Assembly (NCBI GenBank): GCA_043228905.1
Contig: JBHGNT010000001.1
Span: forward strand, 14,570,001-14,634,000
Direction of reading: 5' to 3'
Origin: Azolla caroliniana
Lineage: Eukaryota; Plantae; Polypodiophyta
Length of the DNA: 64,000 nt
The notes beneath the pieces are model-generated. The model saw only the letters and a program-made list of their open reading frames with translations, searched no databases and had not been told where the DNA came from. How positions within the stretch are numbered: position 1 is the stretch's first letter; the number at the start of each line of letters is the position of its first letter. Below are positions 26,326 through 38,526 of the stretch, in pieces. The translations under genes and the position numbers were made by a program.

Positions 26326-26539
26326 GATGAAGTGCATTGGACCCCCGTTGAATGCTAATGGAAAACTGATGCACTGCATCGAATCCCCAACAAATATACG
26401 GGAAGCCGATGCAGTGCATCAAATTCCTATTGAAAGGCGTCGGTTTTAACAAGAATCCGATGCGGTTATTGAACTATACTAAAGATTTAACAATTTATTG
26501 GACACCCCTGCTTTCAACCACAATCCGATGCACTACAAG
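26326..26539. promoter_or_regulatory. Array of GATGCA(C/G)TGCATC palindromes in the divergent intergenic region
   Basis: Perfect at 26368-26380 and 26408-26420; degenerate at 26326, 26459 and 26527. Confidence 0.55.
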
Positions 26540-26859
26540 CAATTTTCTTTCCCTTGTTCATGCTTGCAAACTTGTGACGACGTGTACGAGATGGCTGAAA
26601 ACGAGAGTGCTTGAATGTCTGTGCTCCTAAGCTCTTGGACTTCTTCAACGCGATAATGACAATGAGGCGAAGACATTCCTTTATATAGTAACTTTTAAAA
26701 GAATTATTTTATAAAATAAAAATAAAAATAATTTCAAAAATGTTAAAAAGTTTCAAAATATATTATGCATGTTTATATTCGTATTTTTGAATATGTGGTG
26801 TATTTCCAAGATATTCTATTACTAAAATTACCAATTCAAGCTCATCTAACCTAGTCAAA

Positions 26860-27637
26860 ATGTCCTCATCTTCGAGTAGAATATCTTTTTTTTCTGTGGA
26901 CCCTTTTACATAATCCAACAACTCGTTATTCTCAGCCAATGAGTAAAAATACCTAGGTGTTAAAAACGGGGAACATCAAAGGTCGAATTGTGATGTTATC
27001 AATAGATCAAATTCAATTATCTCCATTGAGCCTTTGAACTCAAGTGGTAGTGAAATGAGCAAACGGTGTGTATTGAATGAAAAGGTTGATATGTCTATTG
27101 ACGAGGCTTGTGTAAATCAACCTCTCACTTTTAGAAGAATTCCTCGGCAAGTCAGTGTCAAAAGATTTAACTTTTTGACTTCCGAACAACAAATTGCATT
27201 AGATACAAGTAAGTCGTGCTGTGGGAGTCTTTGCTTTTCTAAATTTGGCAAGGCAAACTAAGGGGATTGTGGCAGTAGTATTTATTTTTAAATCGTGACG
27301 AACAGGATACTTTTCTGATTTCACATAGGCAATTAGTTCTAGATGACACAGGAGGGGCTATTTCAATGCATGTTGAATATTACCTTGCACTATGTACTAA
27401 GTGTTGTCAAGTTGCTTTCAAAATTGCTTATAGCATTGGGAACATTAGGCTCCAGAGAACTCAACTATGACTAGCAAAGGGATCATGGTTCCTTTTTGCT
27501 ATAATGCATTTGAAAGTAAGGGTCTGATTGGATGCCATGCTGTTAGGTGGATGGAGATGTATTTCTCAAAACAATGTGATATTATGCCTACGACTGGAAG
27601 ATTACATTTGTCAGATAGCTTCACTCGTCGTGAGGTA
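26860..27637 (+). pseudogene. N-terminal part of a putative DNA transposase (Sola-like / DUF7869-type), truncated by an LTR insertion
   Basis: SCCGSLCF, LNRDEQDTFL, KCCQVAFKIAYSIG, and WMEMYFSKQCDIMPTTGRLHLSDSFTRREV resemble Cys-rich cut-and-paste transposase N-termini. No catalytic domain is in the window. Confidence 0.5.
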
Positions 27638-28344
27638 TGTTACACCCTCCTGGAGAACACCTTTGATTACTCCTCCTAAGTAATCGGGTTAAAGAATCGT
27701 GGTGCATAGGGACTAGGGGTCAGATCTTACGACCGATTTAGATTGACACTTTGACAATCGTCTATAACCGATTGGTACATAAGCAAAAGCAAGTAATGAT
27801 AGATTGAAAATGATAAAAATGATGAGATAGACATAGAGATTAACCAACAAGTATATATGTATTCGATTACTGCAACATACAATAAAGATACAGATACAAT
27901 GACCGAGTAGAATTGGTATCGCTCACTCACTTAGTACCAATTTAGAACTAGGCTTAGTTGGCTCTGGGGACTCCTATTTTGTATGTGCTCTGGTATCGAC
28001 TCCCTTCTGTGTTCGCCCCTTCTCGATTATATAGCTACCTCCTACCTTGGCGCGTTCCAACTACTCCCTCTTGATATTCGACTTGTACCTTCGGTTGTTA
28101 GTGTTCGGCTTCTTTTGGCCCTTCCACATTTGTCCCCATGATCTTTTCCTATTTGTCCTTTGGGATCCGTGCACACTTTGGTCCCTTCTGTCCCATGGAT
28201 AACACCTGGCATGCCTGTGGGACAGTGCCTTGCACATCGAACTCGAAAAATAGACCAAAATCGAAGTTTGAAAAAAATCGAAACTATTGCACCCAAACAA
28301 TCGAAAAAACTTCTATGGTACATTAGTCTTCCTCCAAAATTGAT

Positions 28345-31194
28345 GTGATGCTGTCCATTTGCTCCGTCTCATCTGGTTTGAGGTTGGTGGAGAGATCGAC
28401 CCTTTGCTCGTGCACGTCACTTTCTGGGATGGTTGCTTGTGTTGGTTCGTCCTATTGGGGGGCTTCTTGGTCTTGCAGAATATTCTCTTTTGTAGAGTCC
28501 TTTTCTTGTTCCGGCCCTGTCTCCTGCTCTGGTTCTGCCTCTTGCTCTGGCACCGACTCTTGCTCCTTATCTTGGCCTTGCCTTTCCTCGGTTTTCAACT
28601 CATCAATGTGCAGCTCATGTGTTGCGTTTTCGGGCAAGACTCCCATCGTTGCTTGTGTGGAGGCCAATGCTTCCTTCTCGGCTTGGAGGCGCTCACGTTT
28701 GTACCCATCCACTTCAATGGCGAGAAGGAGTTGATCGTCCTTGAATTCCTCTAGGAGGGTCCCAATCACTGTGGTGTGCGTTTGAGCCAGGGCTTGGAAC
28801 TCCTCGATGAGGTCTTCTCTAAGCACCTGTATGCTATTCTCGTCCATTTTGAAGAATCCACGATCCTCCTTCCGATTCTCGGCATCTGCTTAGAATATCT
28901 GTAACTCGCTTGCTTGAGCCGACCACACATTCCAACCGCGAGCTAGTGCCTCTTCAACCTTCTAATTCCGCTTCCGTCGGTGTTTTGACACTAAAGCCTT
29001 CACTACTCTTCACCCATTTCATACTTGACATGGAGAGTGTTCATTGCCTCTTTGGCGGTTGCGGTGTCGAGTTCGTGCTAGACTTTCGCGAGTTGGTACG
29101 AAGTGCTTATTCCTTCAACCTTTTTCTCCACAACCTCCGCATGTTGTTCATATTTTCGGATGATTCGAGTCTTTACCTCTTCCATCTCCTTCTCGTACGA
29201 ATCCCGGTCTCTTTGCACTGTGGTCTGCAGCTTATGGAGGGATTCTGTCAATGCGTACTTTTCGCTCTCCAACTCACGCAGTAGCTGGTGCTATCGAAAT
29301 GTTGTTGTAGTTCAGTGTGCTCGTTTCGGATAATCAGGAGTTGGTCGTTTTGTATGGTGTAAGCCCGTTGATATCATTCCTCTATCTCATGGATCTTGGC
29401 AACTGATATCTCATTGGCTGCCTGAAGAGAAGACGCACCCTGTGCTTCCATATCATGGAGCTTGGCCGCGGATTTGTCGTTGGCAGCCTTAAGAGTAGTT
29501 GCAACTTTTTCTTCCATCTCTTAGAGAGTTTTCGTATATTCGGCCGTCCCTGTGTCGAGTTGGTGCTATAATTCGGCTTCTTGGTTTTGAGCCTGCTCAT
29601 GGATACGGTCGATTTCCTCCTTGGCCTCTTGATATCTTTCCTTGGCCTTCTCGACAATCGTCGTTTGGGTTGCCAATTCTTCTTCATAGTGTGGTGGCGG
29701 GGCCGTTGTCGTGTCAGAGGTAAGGGTGTGTTGTGTTCGGTGGCAGTGCTCAAAACGAGAGTTTCTTCGTCTTGGTGGATAGGTGGACTAACCTGTGTAG
29801 AAGCAACCGCTTGAGTAGGGTTGGGAGGTGGGAGGGCAAGAGGGTCGTTTTGCCCTAAGCTTCTGCTTTCCTGGAGCTTCCGTTCGAGCTCGACTATTCG
29901 GTTTTCCAAAGCCTGCCACATTTCCATCACCGTCTTTGCTTGCGCGCTGCTTTGCTACATATGGCTATATCCTTGGCCTCGCAGGTCGTTTTGTCCAATC
30001 GTTGGAAGGTTTCTACCAGGGCCATGTTTAATTCCGATAGTGCGATGAGGAGGTGGTTGGTCTTACTTTGCCGTTTTTGGCCGATTTTCTGCAACGCCAG
30101 TTCTTCGTCCGACTCAAGTTCTCCTGGGAGAGCTCGCTAGATCATCTGCTTCTCTATATGTTCGTAGGCCATGCGTGCCGCTGCTGTGACCTGGAGTCGA
30201 GCGAGGAAATCTATGAGCTCGTATGAAATACCATGCCGCAAAATTGCACCGAGATCATAAGCCTCGGTCGGCAAGTCCTTATAGGCCAACACTTCATCTT
30301 CTGAGATTTGGGACGCTTGGCCCTTCTCTAAATTTCCTATCAAGGACAGAGCCTGTCGGGGACGATGGCTACGGTTTTGGTCGGTGCGATGAACATCTGT
30401 ACTGTGTCCGCCGAGGAGTGGTCCCTTTCTTAATCTTTGTTGCGTCTATGTAGTCGGTGACGCTTCTTAGCCGGGCTTGGTTGTGCTGACGCCTTCTGTG
30501 CATCACACGAATCCTCTCTTGGCTGTTTAGGCCGATCACCCAAGGGTTGTTTCTTGTTTTCGACAGAGGGTTTCCGGGTCTCCTCCCGGAGTTCTCGTCG
30601 AGGGATTTGCAATGTTGGCGTGGGCTTCTCCACCGGGACTACTGGTTTGGGTTTTTAGCCCCCCTCGGATGGTGATATCTTCTACCGGCTCTTGAGCCGG
30701 CTCTTGGGATGTCGGGGTTTGTGCAGGAATGATGTCTTGCCATTCTTCTTGGCCAAACTATAAAGCCTTTTGTCTCTTAGTTTGGGTAGGCAGGGCAAGG
30801 AGGGCGAGGTTTTGTCAGGTGCAGTCATGGAATGGGGTGGGTAGAGCACAAATAGGTAGTGTGCTAAGGCATGGATTAACTTCTTTCCTACTTGCAAGGC
30901 CAAAAGGCCGGCTCTGACACCTTCCTCGGTAATGAACCCCCAATCGAGCATGCCACCTCTAGAGGCGGTGATGATGATGATGATCACTGCCTTCTTTTTC
31001 GGCATTCCATAGACGGTGGCGTGCACGCAGGTGATTTCCAGGAGAAAGCTGGCCAGGTTGTTGAAAAACTTGTTTGGCACTCCTTGCATCCAATAGGCTT
31101 TTGCTAACACTGAATATTCCCTGAAATGGGCCTCGAGGACGTGTTGACGCGGGAGCTCGATCTCTTGATGGCCACCGCGTTTTAGTCCCAACAC
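28345..31194 (-). pseudogene. Extra 3' ORF of Athila-like-1 (globular N-part, then charged/coiled-coil region), fragmented
   Basis: LGLKRGG..HFREYS..KAY..DWGFITEEG aligns by eye with 51298-52116. E/K/Q-rich fragments follow. Confidence 0.65.
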
Positions 31195-31642
31195 AGATTA
31201 TATAGTGATGGGAGAGTCTAAGTTTACCACATGCAAGCATCATGCCTTTTCTAACTCTAGTGTACATGCACACTACATGTCCATGATTAACTTTTCCCAT
31301 CATGCTTTTCCTTTAACGCAAGTGTTCATGCACACCACGTGTGCATGATTAGCTTTTCTATCATACTTTTTCATTTAACTCGAGTGTGTATGGATGAATA
31401 ACTTTTTCTATCATGCTTATCTCAAGTATTTACATGGCATAAAGTTTAGTTATATTAACTTTAATATTCATAATGTGCTAGTACAATGGTAAGGCTTGAA
31501 ATCGTTAACATGGAGGTACATGGTTCAAATCTTGCCCTATGCATGTAACATAATTATTTTAGTATTTTCTCCTATTTCTTTATACTTAGTCGATTGGGTA
31601 CACCAAACATATTTTACATAGTGTACAAAGTACACTACGACA
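31195..31642 (-). mobile_element. Truncated LTR of the Trp-primed Gypsy family
   Basis: Ends GTACACTACGACA like the other family LTRs. tRNA-like boxes at 31479-31531. Right flank TCGT. Left boundary approximate. Confidence 0.7.
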
Positions 31643-32593
31643 TCGTAGAAAGAAAGAAAGAAAGAAAGATATATTAATGTCTTCTAAGGCCAAATTTGGC
31701 CCATGAGACAAATGGTTTACAAAAAATGGGATATTTACCCATTCATCGTTCAAAGTAAAAAATCAAAATAAGATAAAAAATAGTTCAAAGAAAAACATGT
31801 TCTACAATGAAAAGATGTTATACTAGGCCTAATTTCATTTCCATCCAAGTCTCTCGAAGAGAAGTGGGAGGTCAAAGGGTTGCGATGTGCATGTGGCCCA
31901 TGGTCCCAATGTAAAAGGTACCCCAACCATAGCTTCTAGTCGACGTAGCTCACATTCCCTTATCTTCTTAATCTTTTCTACTCCACGTTGACGTGTTTTG
32001 AAGCCCAAGATCCGAGGGCGTTTGGTTATTCTTTGTTTTTTTGCTTCCTCAAGGGAGAGGCCGAGTGGCGTAATTTTATCCACATTCATCGTCTCCCCTT
32101 GTTCCTGAAAAATTACACTAGTTACATGTTGATGAATTGTAAAAGGGTTATGATTAACACTTTGTAATTTATTCTCCCTATGTTGTTTTCGCTCTAAGAT
32201 ATACCTACCTAGTCTTTTTACACTCGGGGTATCTAATAGTTTGGAGAGGGTGGGAGAGGGTCCTAATAGAGAGAGAGCTTGAGGGTTGTGTGTGTTATGT
32301 GCTTTTGTGCGTATGTGAGTTCTTTGCTTGTGTTGCCCCTCCTTTTGTAAATGCTTCGTTTCCCAAGCCATGGCCTTGTGCCCTAGATTTATAATATTTC
32401 CTGTCATTATTAGGTTTTAAGGCCACGTGTCAGGAATCATTTCTACTTGCTTTTTTCGTTCTTCGTGCATGCTCTTTAAATACTTAACTTGGTGGGTTTG
32501 TTTTTTTCTTTCACTTAATATATATATTCAGGTAGGTGGGGTAGTTACCGTAATTGGGGTGACATACCCTCGTGGGTCACCATGACACCTACC

Positions 32594-35500
32594 TCAGGCC
32601 GACCGAGGTCGTGCCATCTGTCCGAAAATGGGTTGGGTGGGGTATGGTAGAAATATGGCTTTAATTGGAACCCATTGACCCATTTTGGCATGATATCTCC
32701 AGCTAATGTCCCGAGTTGAAAGGTTCCATTTCCAGAACGAACTTGTCCATCGAAACCGGAGCTTCCCTGGCATTGAGCCGAACCGAGTTTGAAATACCAG
32801 AACAACCTTGCCAATTCGTAATGATTTCTCGTTCCCTTTTTGATGACAAGCGATGAACGCTTTATGCCAGCGTTGACCGTGCTCCAGATATCTGAGACTA
32901 GCAAGCCAATCTTCCCCGAGTTCGAGTAGTTGTTTAAGTCGTTTTTGTTCTAACCCGGTTTCGGGGAGTCGTTCCGAGATCTGCACGCATAAGCTTGGCA
33001 CCTGGAATTCGATCATTGTGATGGGTTCTAATTGAATGCCAACCGAAAAGGCATGGACTTAATCCTAGTCTTGAAGGTTGTGCGATTAGCCCAAAGTGCG
33101 CTGTGTAGCTTCTCGTCCCAGTTGGTGCGATTCTCGTTCACGATTTTCTTGAGGAATGGTCTGAAGCATTTTATTTGTCGACTTGGCTAGGCCATTTGCT
33201 TGTAGATAGTAAGGCGTGCTTTTCTTATGTACCACCTCGTAGTGTGTTGTGAGCTCCCAAATAATGTTGTTGATGAAATGTCCACCCTGATCTCTTATCA
33301 ACTCGATTGGGTAGCTGAATCGGCACTAGAGGCATTCGTAAACAAATTTCAATGTATTGATTACCAGTTCAGGCTGCGGCCGGCTTGAATGGGTCGGCGA
33401 ATCCAACCCCCACTTCTGGAATGGCTTGAGTGGAAGGATTGGCTAGTGGGGCATTCATGCTCGCTCGGTAGGTTGACCCATGCATTGGTAGAGGTCGCAT
33501 TGCTAACAGAATTCGTGAGCATTTTTCTGTGTTGTCAGCCACCATAAGCTGCTTTGCCAAACTTTTCTAGTTGTTGCATCACCTATGTAATGTCCCCTAG
33601 TGATTCCATAATGGGTTCCTCGGAGGATGGCGTCTTTTTCGAATGTCCGAATTGCTCGATGCCTGATTCCGTCTGAGCCTTTGTGGTATAGTGTATTGGT
33701 GATGAGGTAGAAGTTTCGACTTCGGACAGACAACCACTTCTTTGCATCGAGGGGCAAGTAATCGGGTGGAAGACCAATGCTTAGGAAGTATACCATTTCT
33801 TCTATCCATCCATCTTTGGATTCTGGATTCGACAGTGTGGGGTCAATTTTGAAAATGTCGGCATTTGGGAGATCGTCGTAAACGCTTTCGCTTGGTTCTC
33901 CCGATTCGAGTCGATTGAGGTGGTCAGCCACCGCATGTTGTACCCTAGGGCGATGATGTATATCGAATTCAAATTCTTGTAAGAGAAACTTCCATCTAGC
34001 TAGTCTTCCGATCAACAACTCCTTTGTTACCAAGTATAAAAGAGTCGAGTGATCGACATGGAATGTGAATTTTCGACCGAGAAGATAGTGCCAAAACTTG
34101 ATAATGATGCAGATCATGCCGAGCGCGTCTCTCTCCATGGTCGAATAATTTCTTTCCGTAGTTGAGAGACATCGGCTAGCATAGTAGACGGGTTGGTACG
34201 AATTTGGAGGTGTCATCTGCATTAAAGCACTCCCGATGGCCATGTAGGATGTGTCAACGAAAACGTGGAAGAGTTGTGACCAATCAGGTGGTTGCACAAC
34301 TGGTGTGTGAGACAACATGATCTTAAGGGCCTTGTAAGCTTCATCTTCTAGTGCCGTCCAACGGAAAGGAGTTTTGTGAACCACCACAAGTAGCGGCATC
34401 GCGAAATCGGCCAAGTATCATAGCATTTGGCTATGCCACCGAATTTGTCCTAAAAACCGGCTAAGAGCCTTCGCGGTGGTTAGAGCCGGGGTGGCCAGGA
34501 TGGTATTTACTTTGTCTGGGTCCATTGTTATCCCCTCTCGGGTCACGATATGCCCAAGTAGGGCACTACTCAATATGTTAAAGGAACATTTTGTCGCATT
34601 AAGGCTTAACCTGGGTTGCCGACATTGTTCCAAACAGAGGCATAACTAGTCGAGATGCTTCAGTTGTCGTCCATAAACAACAAAATCATCTAGAAATACT
34701 TGCATGAAGGCCGGAATATACTTACTGAAAATCTCAATGATGATACGTTGGAATGTGGCCGACGCTGTATTAAGCCTGAACATCACGACAACTGCCACAA
34801 ATGTTGTCTTTTCATGGTCCTCGAGGTGCATTCAGATTTGATTATATCCACTAGACGCATCCAGAAAGTTGTACCTTTCGTGGCCAGCCATTGCATCCAA
34901 TACGCCGTTTATAAAAGGAAGAGGAAATATGTCGGTAATGGTCTCTGCATTCAGTTTCCAATAATCGACACACATTTGAATTTTTGTCACGAATGGGTAG
35001 ACCAGGACATGGATAAGTGGGCGAGCTAAATATTAAGAGAGAGCGAAAGATAGATATATAGATAGAGAGAGAGAGCATAGACAAGAGAGCAAGAGAGAGA
35101 GAAGGTAGACAAAAGAGCAATAACTAAATTATGCTTCCGTAACTGGTGTTGTTCACCTTGATTGTAATGAAGGTGCACCGAAGTATTTATACAAGAATGT
35201 GGTGGTATGCATGCAAGCTAGGAAACATCTAGAGAGTGCATGAAGATGCATTCTCTAGAAGTTTCTTGAAAGTTCTAGTGATTAACATAGAATGTAATAA
35301 GTTGAAACTTATACAATACAATAATGTATAGATAGATGTAGCTCAATTGGTAAGGTTGCTCAATAAGATTAGGAGATCATAGGTTTAACCCTTACATTCC
35401 ATCGTGTATATGAAAAATTTGCCATTTTTCTTCGGAACAATGATGATTAGGCTAAACCACGTGGTTCATTTTATAGGCTGAATGAACCCAACTCGGAGGG

Positions 35501-37110
35501 GTTTGTCGATTCCTTCTTTGACCTTTGCCACGTAATTGGGGTTCATCCTATATCGGCGATGTTGTAGTGTTCTGACATCTTGTTTATGATGGATTTGATG
35601 TTGGTATTATTGAGGATCTAAACGTTTCATGTCGTTATACGACCAAGAAAAAACGTTGTAATCTGAGAGCAAGCTTAGCAAAGCCGATCACTCGTCGTGT
35701 GCGAGTTCTTTCACTATTTTTAACAGTCGTGGGTCCTTGCTTGTGCTGAGGTTTATGTCTTTGAGTGTCGACGCCTTTACTCATTGTGAAATCGCCAATT
35801 CTCGCTCGAGAGCTTCTATGGCAGGTTGTAACTCTTCCACCGATTTCAGGTTAGGTTTCTGAACAATGTCCTGATCACCCTCCGCTGGTTTGGAAACGTA
35901 CAGGCTGATGCCTTCCATGATATCGATGTCGAATAGAGGGACGATCCTCGGGTGATCCTCGAGTGATCCTCGAGAAAGCTGTCGACTTTGTCATCTGTTA
36001 AGCCATCTAGTATATGGGCACCTTCGGCATACAAAGGGGTGGTGTCCTTCAGTGTGGGGACTCGCTCTTCCGTGGCGACGCGAACCTTGGTCTTCCCTCG
36101 GCAGGAAGAGATCATGTTGTGCTGCTAGTGTTCACATTGCGTAACCAGGGGCGGCCAAGCAACATTGGGTAAGCACCGGGTGCATCCAGTCGTAAAACCA
36201 TAGCCGAGATTGTGAGGGTGTGGCTGCCGAGGACGAAATCAAGTTTTTGAATCAGGCTGAGAGGTCGGACGAAATGGGTATCCGCCATACGCAACCAAAA
36301 TGGGCAAGGTTCCCATTGTGTAAGGTCGAGAGATCTGTAGATTGCCTCGCTAATCACGTTGACTTCAGATCCTGTATCGACTATGCACCCACTTATCTCA
36401 CATCCTTTGATTACTAATTTGATAGTGGGGTTATGTGCATCCATTACCGGTGGACCTTCACTGGCTTCGGCAAGGTGGATCGGCACGTTCGGTTGTGCCT
36501 TGCCGGTAGTCAAGGATACCACCACATCCTTGAAGCGTGGCAGTAAATGAAGCAACTTACTCGGGGGCATTGATATCTGGCAATTGGTGAGCGCTTGCCA
36601 AGTCGGATCCTCGTCAAGAAGTTCGGTGGGTGCCGAGGATGAAGACACGTCGATTGTGATGTCCTTAATTTTGGTATTCATTCGACCAAGTTCACATTCT
36701 TGGCCTTTTCAATCCATTCTTTGGTGGCCTGGCGAACCTCATCCTGCAGTTCTGACTATGTCTGTTGCGCCTTGCTCTACACCGTGACTTGGTGTACCTC
36801 GACCATGATGAAGTTCACTGCAGGACCTTTTCTATGATCTTTTGTTAGACATTGGGTAGCATAGTGTCCCAGTTGATTACAGTTGAAACAAATGACTAAA
36901 GCGGATGTGTTGGATTCGCCTTGCTCGAAGTGAGCCGATTGAGCTTGCCGGGGAGGGTTGTTTCGGGGTGGCATCTCATATTGTTGTGTGCGTCATTGAT
37001 CATCCCGTCGTTCGGTGTGGGGAGCAATGCGACAATTATTTGCCCGATGATGATCGAGGCGCCGATTATTGCCTTGTTGGCAATTATTGGAACCATGATT
37101 ATTATGGGGA
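32594..37110 (-). pseudogene. pol: Athila-like-1 gag-pol (degenerate)
   Basis: CFNCNQLGHYATQC, IVDTGSEVNVI, VFLDDF, VFVDTS, DQGGHF, PYYLQANGLA, PGKLRFRW. Confidence 0.88.
34985..35415. mobile_element. Solo LTR-like insertion in the Athila-like-1 RT
   Basis: Splits KKNGK|IQMCVDY. Termini TGTCA...TGAAA, flanks ATTTT/AATTT. Contains a GA tract and tRNA-like boxes at 35339-35391. Confidence 0.65.
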
Positions 37111-37690
37111 AGCTGTCGAATACGAGTGTATAATGGCCGTATTCACACTGTCCCTTTGGATAGCCCAAGTTTGGGCTATTTCTGTAAATAGCATAAAGGG
37201 CAGTTACCCTAGGATAGTCACTATATATAGTGACTTTGTAACCTTTAGTAAAGGTTGGTTGGTTGTCATGGTGTAACTGTTGATATTGAGGAATATAACA
37301 TTCTTCTTTGTGCCTCTCTCTCTCTCTCTCTATGTATCTAGTTTTCGTTCTCATACACAGGTTCTTCTTCATCACGAATGTTGCTTGCACTTCCGCATTG
37401 ATGACCTTGTCCCCAACATTTGGTATCGGAGCGTTGAAGGTTCTTCAACCCGCTGCCGACCGTCATCGTACACCACAACATTCTATTTATTTGTAACTTC
37501 TTGAAGAACAAAGAAGAGAGAAGACAAACAAGAAGTTTGCATCTCACTGTGTTAAATTACTAATTGGAGTAAGCTAGCCGGTTGTACTTTGTTCCTGTGA
37601 TTGTAATCACTTGAGGTGAGCTCCTTGTGCAACACTCGACCCAATCATGCTTCATTCAGTTAAACGACATCCGAATAGGTCACCAGACGT

Positions 37691-38526
37691 TGTCGGGCCT
37701 CTCGGCGCCGGATCGTTACGTGAGTCGGGTGGGAACCGCTGGGGTTTTGGACTACGAGAAAGGAGATCGTGAGATAGAGATTAATTATAAGTAGATAGTA
37801 AAGAGAAAGATAAGAAACTCGTGAATCACACGAGTATACTATATTAATTAGTACTTAGGTTGTTAAGAAAGAAGTAGGTGCATAAATCGTGAATCCCACG
37901 AATAATTTTTATATTGATCAATACTTAATCCAAAAAAATAACCAACCCTTATACATCTTTTTCTCCTCCTTATATAAGGACGGGAGAGGCTAAGCATAGC
38001 TTCTTGCTTTTCTAAAGTGTTCATGCTCTCTAAATTTGCATGCCTTACTTTTCCCACTATGATTTCCTAAATTTAGCATTCATGCCCGCTAGATGTGCAC
38101 GCGTAATTTTATTAGTGTGCATATAAATAAAGTTTTCACGCATTCTAAAAATGCATGACTTACCTTTTAATAAAGGTAGGCGAAAATAAAGGTTTTATAC
38201 GTATTAAATCTATATTTAAAACACTCACAATAAGTTAGTATAATGGTAAGGTTGGAGTTTCTTTGTGTGGAGGTGCAAGGTTCAAATCTTGGCCTATGCA
38301 CGCAACAAAATTTTTAATGTTTCTTTTATTTACAATTGTGTCTCTTCATCCCGTAAGAGACTCTCACCGGCCTTCTTCATCCGGCTCTTCCTTGCCGATT
38401 CCTCCTTGCCGGTTTGCTGTTTCTTCCTTGCCGGTCCCTCTTCGTCTGGTTCTCACCGGGTATTTCATTTTCTATCCGAATGGAAAAAATGCAATTTCCA
38501 CGTAGTGTGTGAATTACACTACGACA
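37691..38526 (-). repeat. 3' LTR (836 bp) of the Trp-primed Gypsy, with tRNA-like boxes at 38236-38288
   Basis: TGTCG...CGACA; matches the reassembled 5' LTR. Confidence 0.92.

Larger units (their letters stand above)
27638..37113 (-). mobile_element. Athila-like Gypsy element 1 (3' part; interrupted in gag by Copia-4)
   Basis: Probable 3' LTR 27638-28322 (TGTTAC...GGTACA) with minus-strand PPT GGAGGAAG next to it. Extra ORFs at 28.4-31.2 kb and degenerate pol/gag at 32.6-37.1 kb. Partner LTR not in the window. Confidence 0.8.

Noticed and set aside
31835-32407. 190-aa ORF between pol and the extra ORF
   Set aside because: No recognisable motif and a non-ATG start; probably a spacer region of Athila-like-1.
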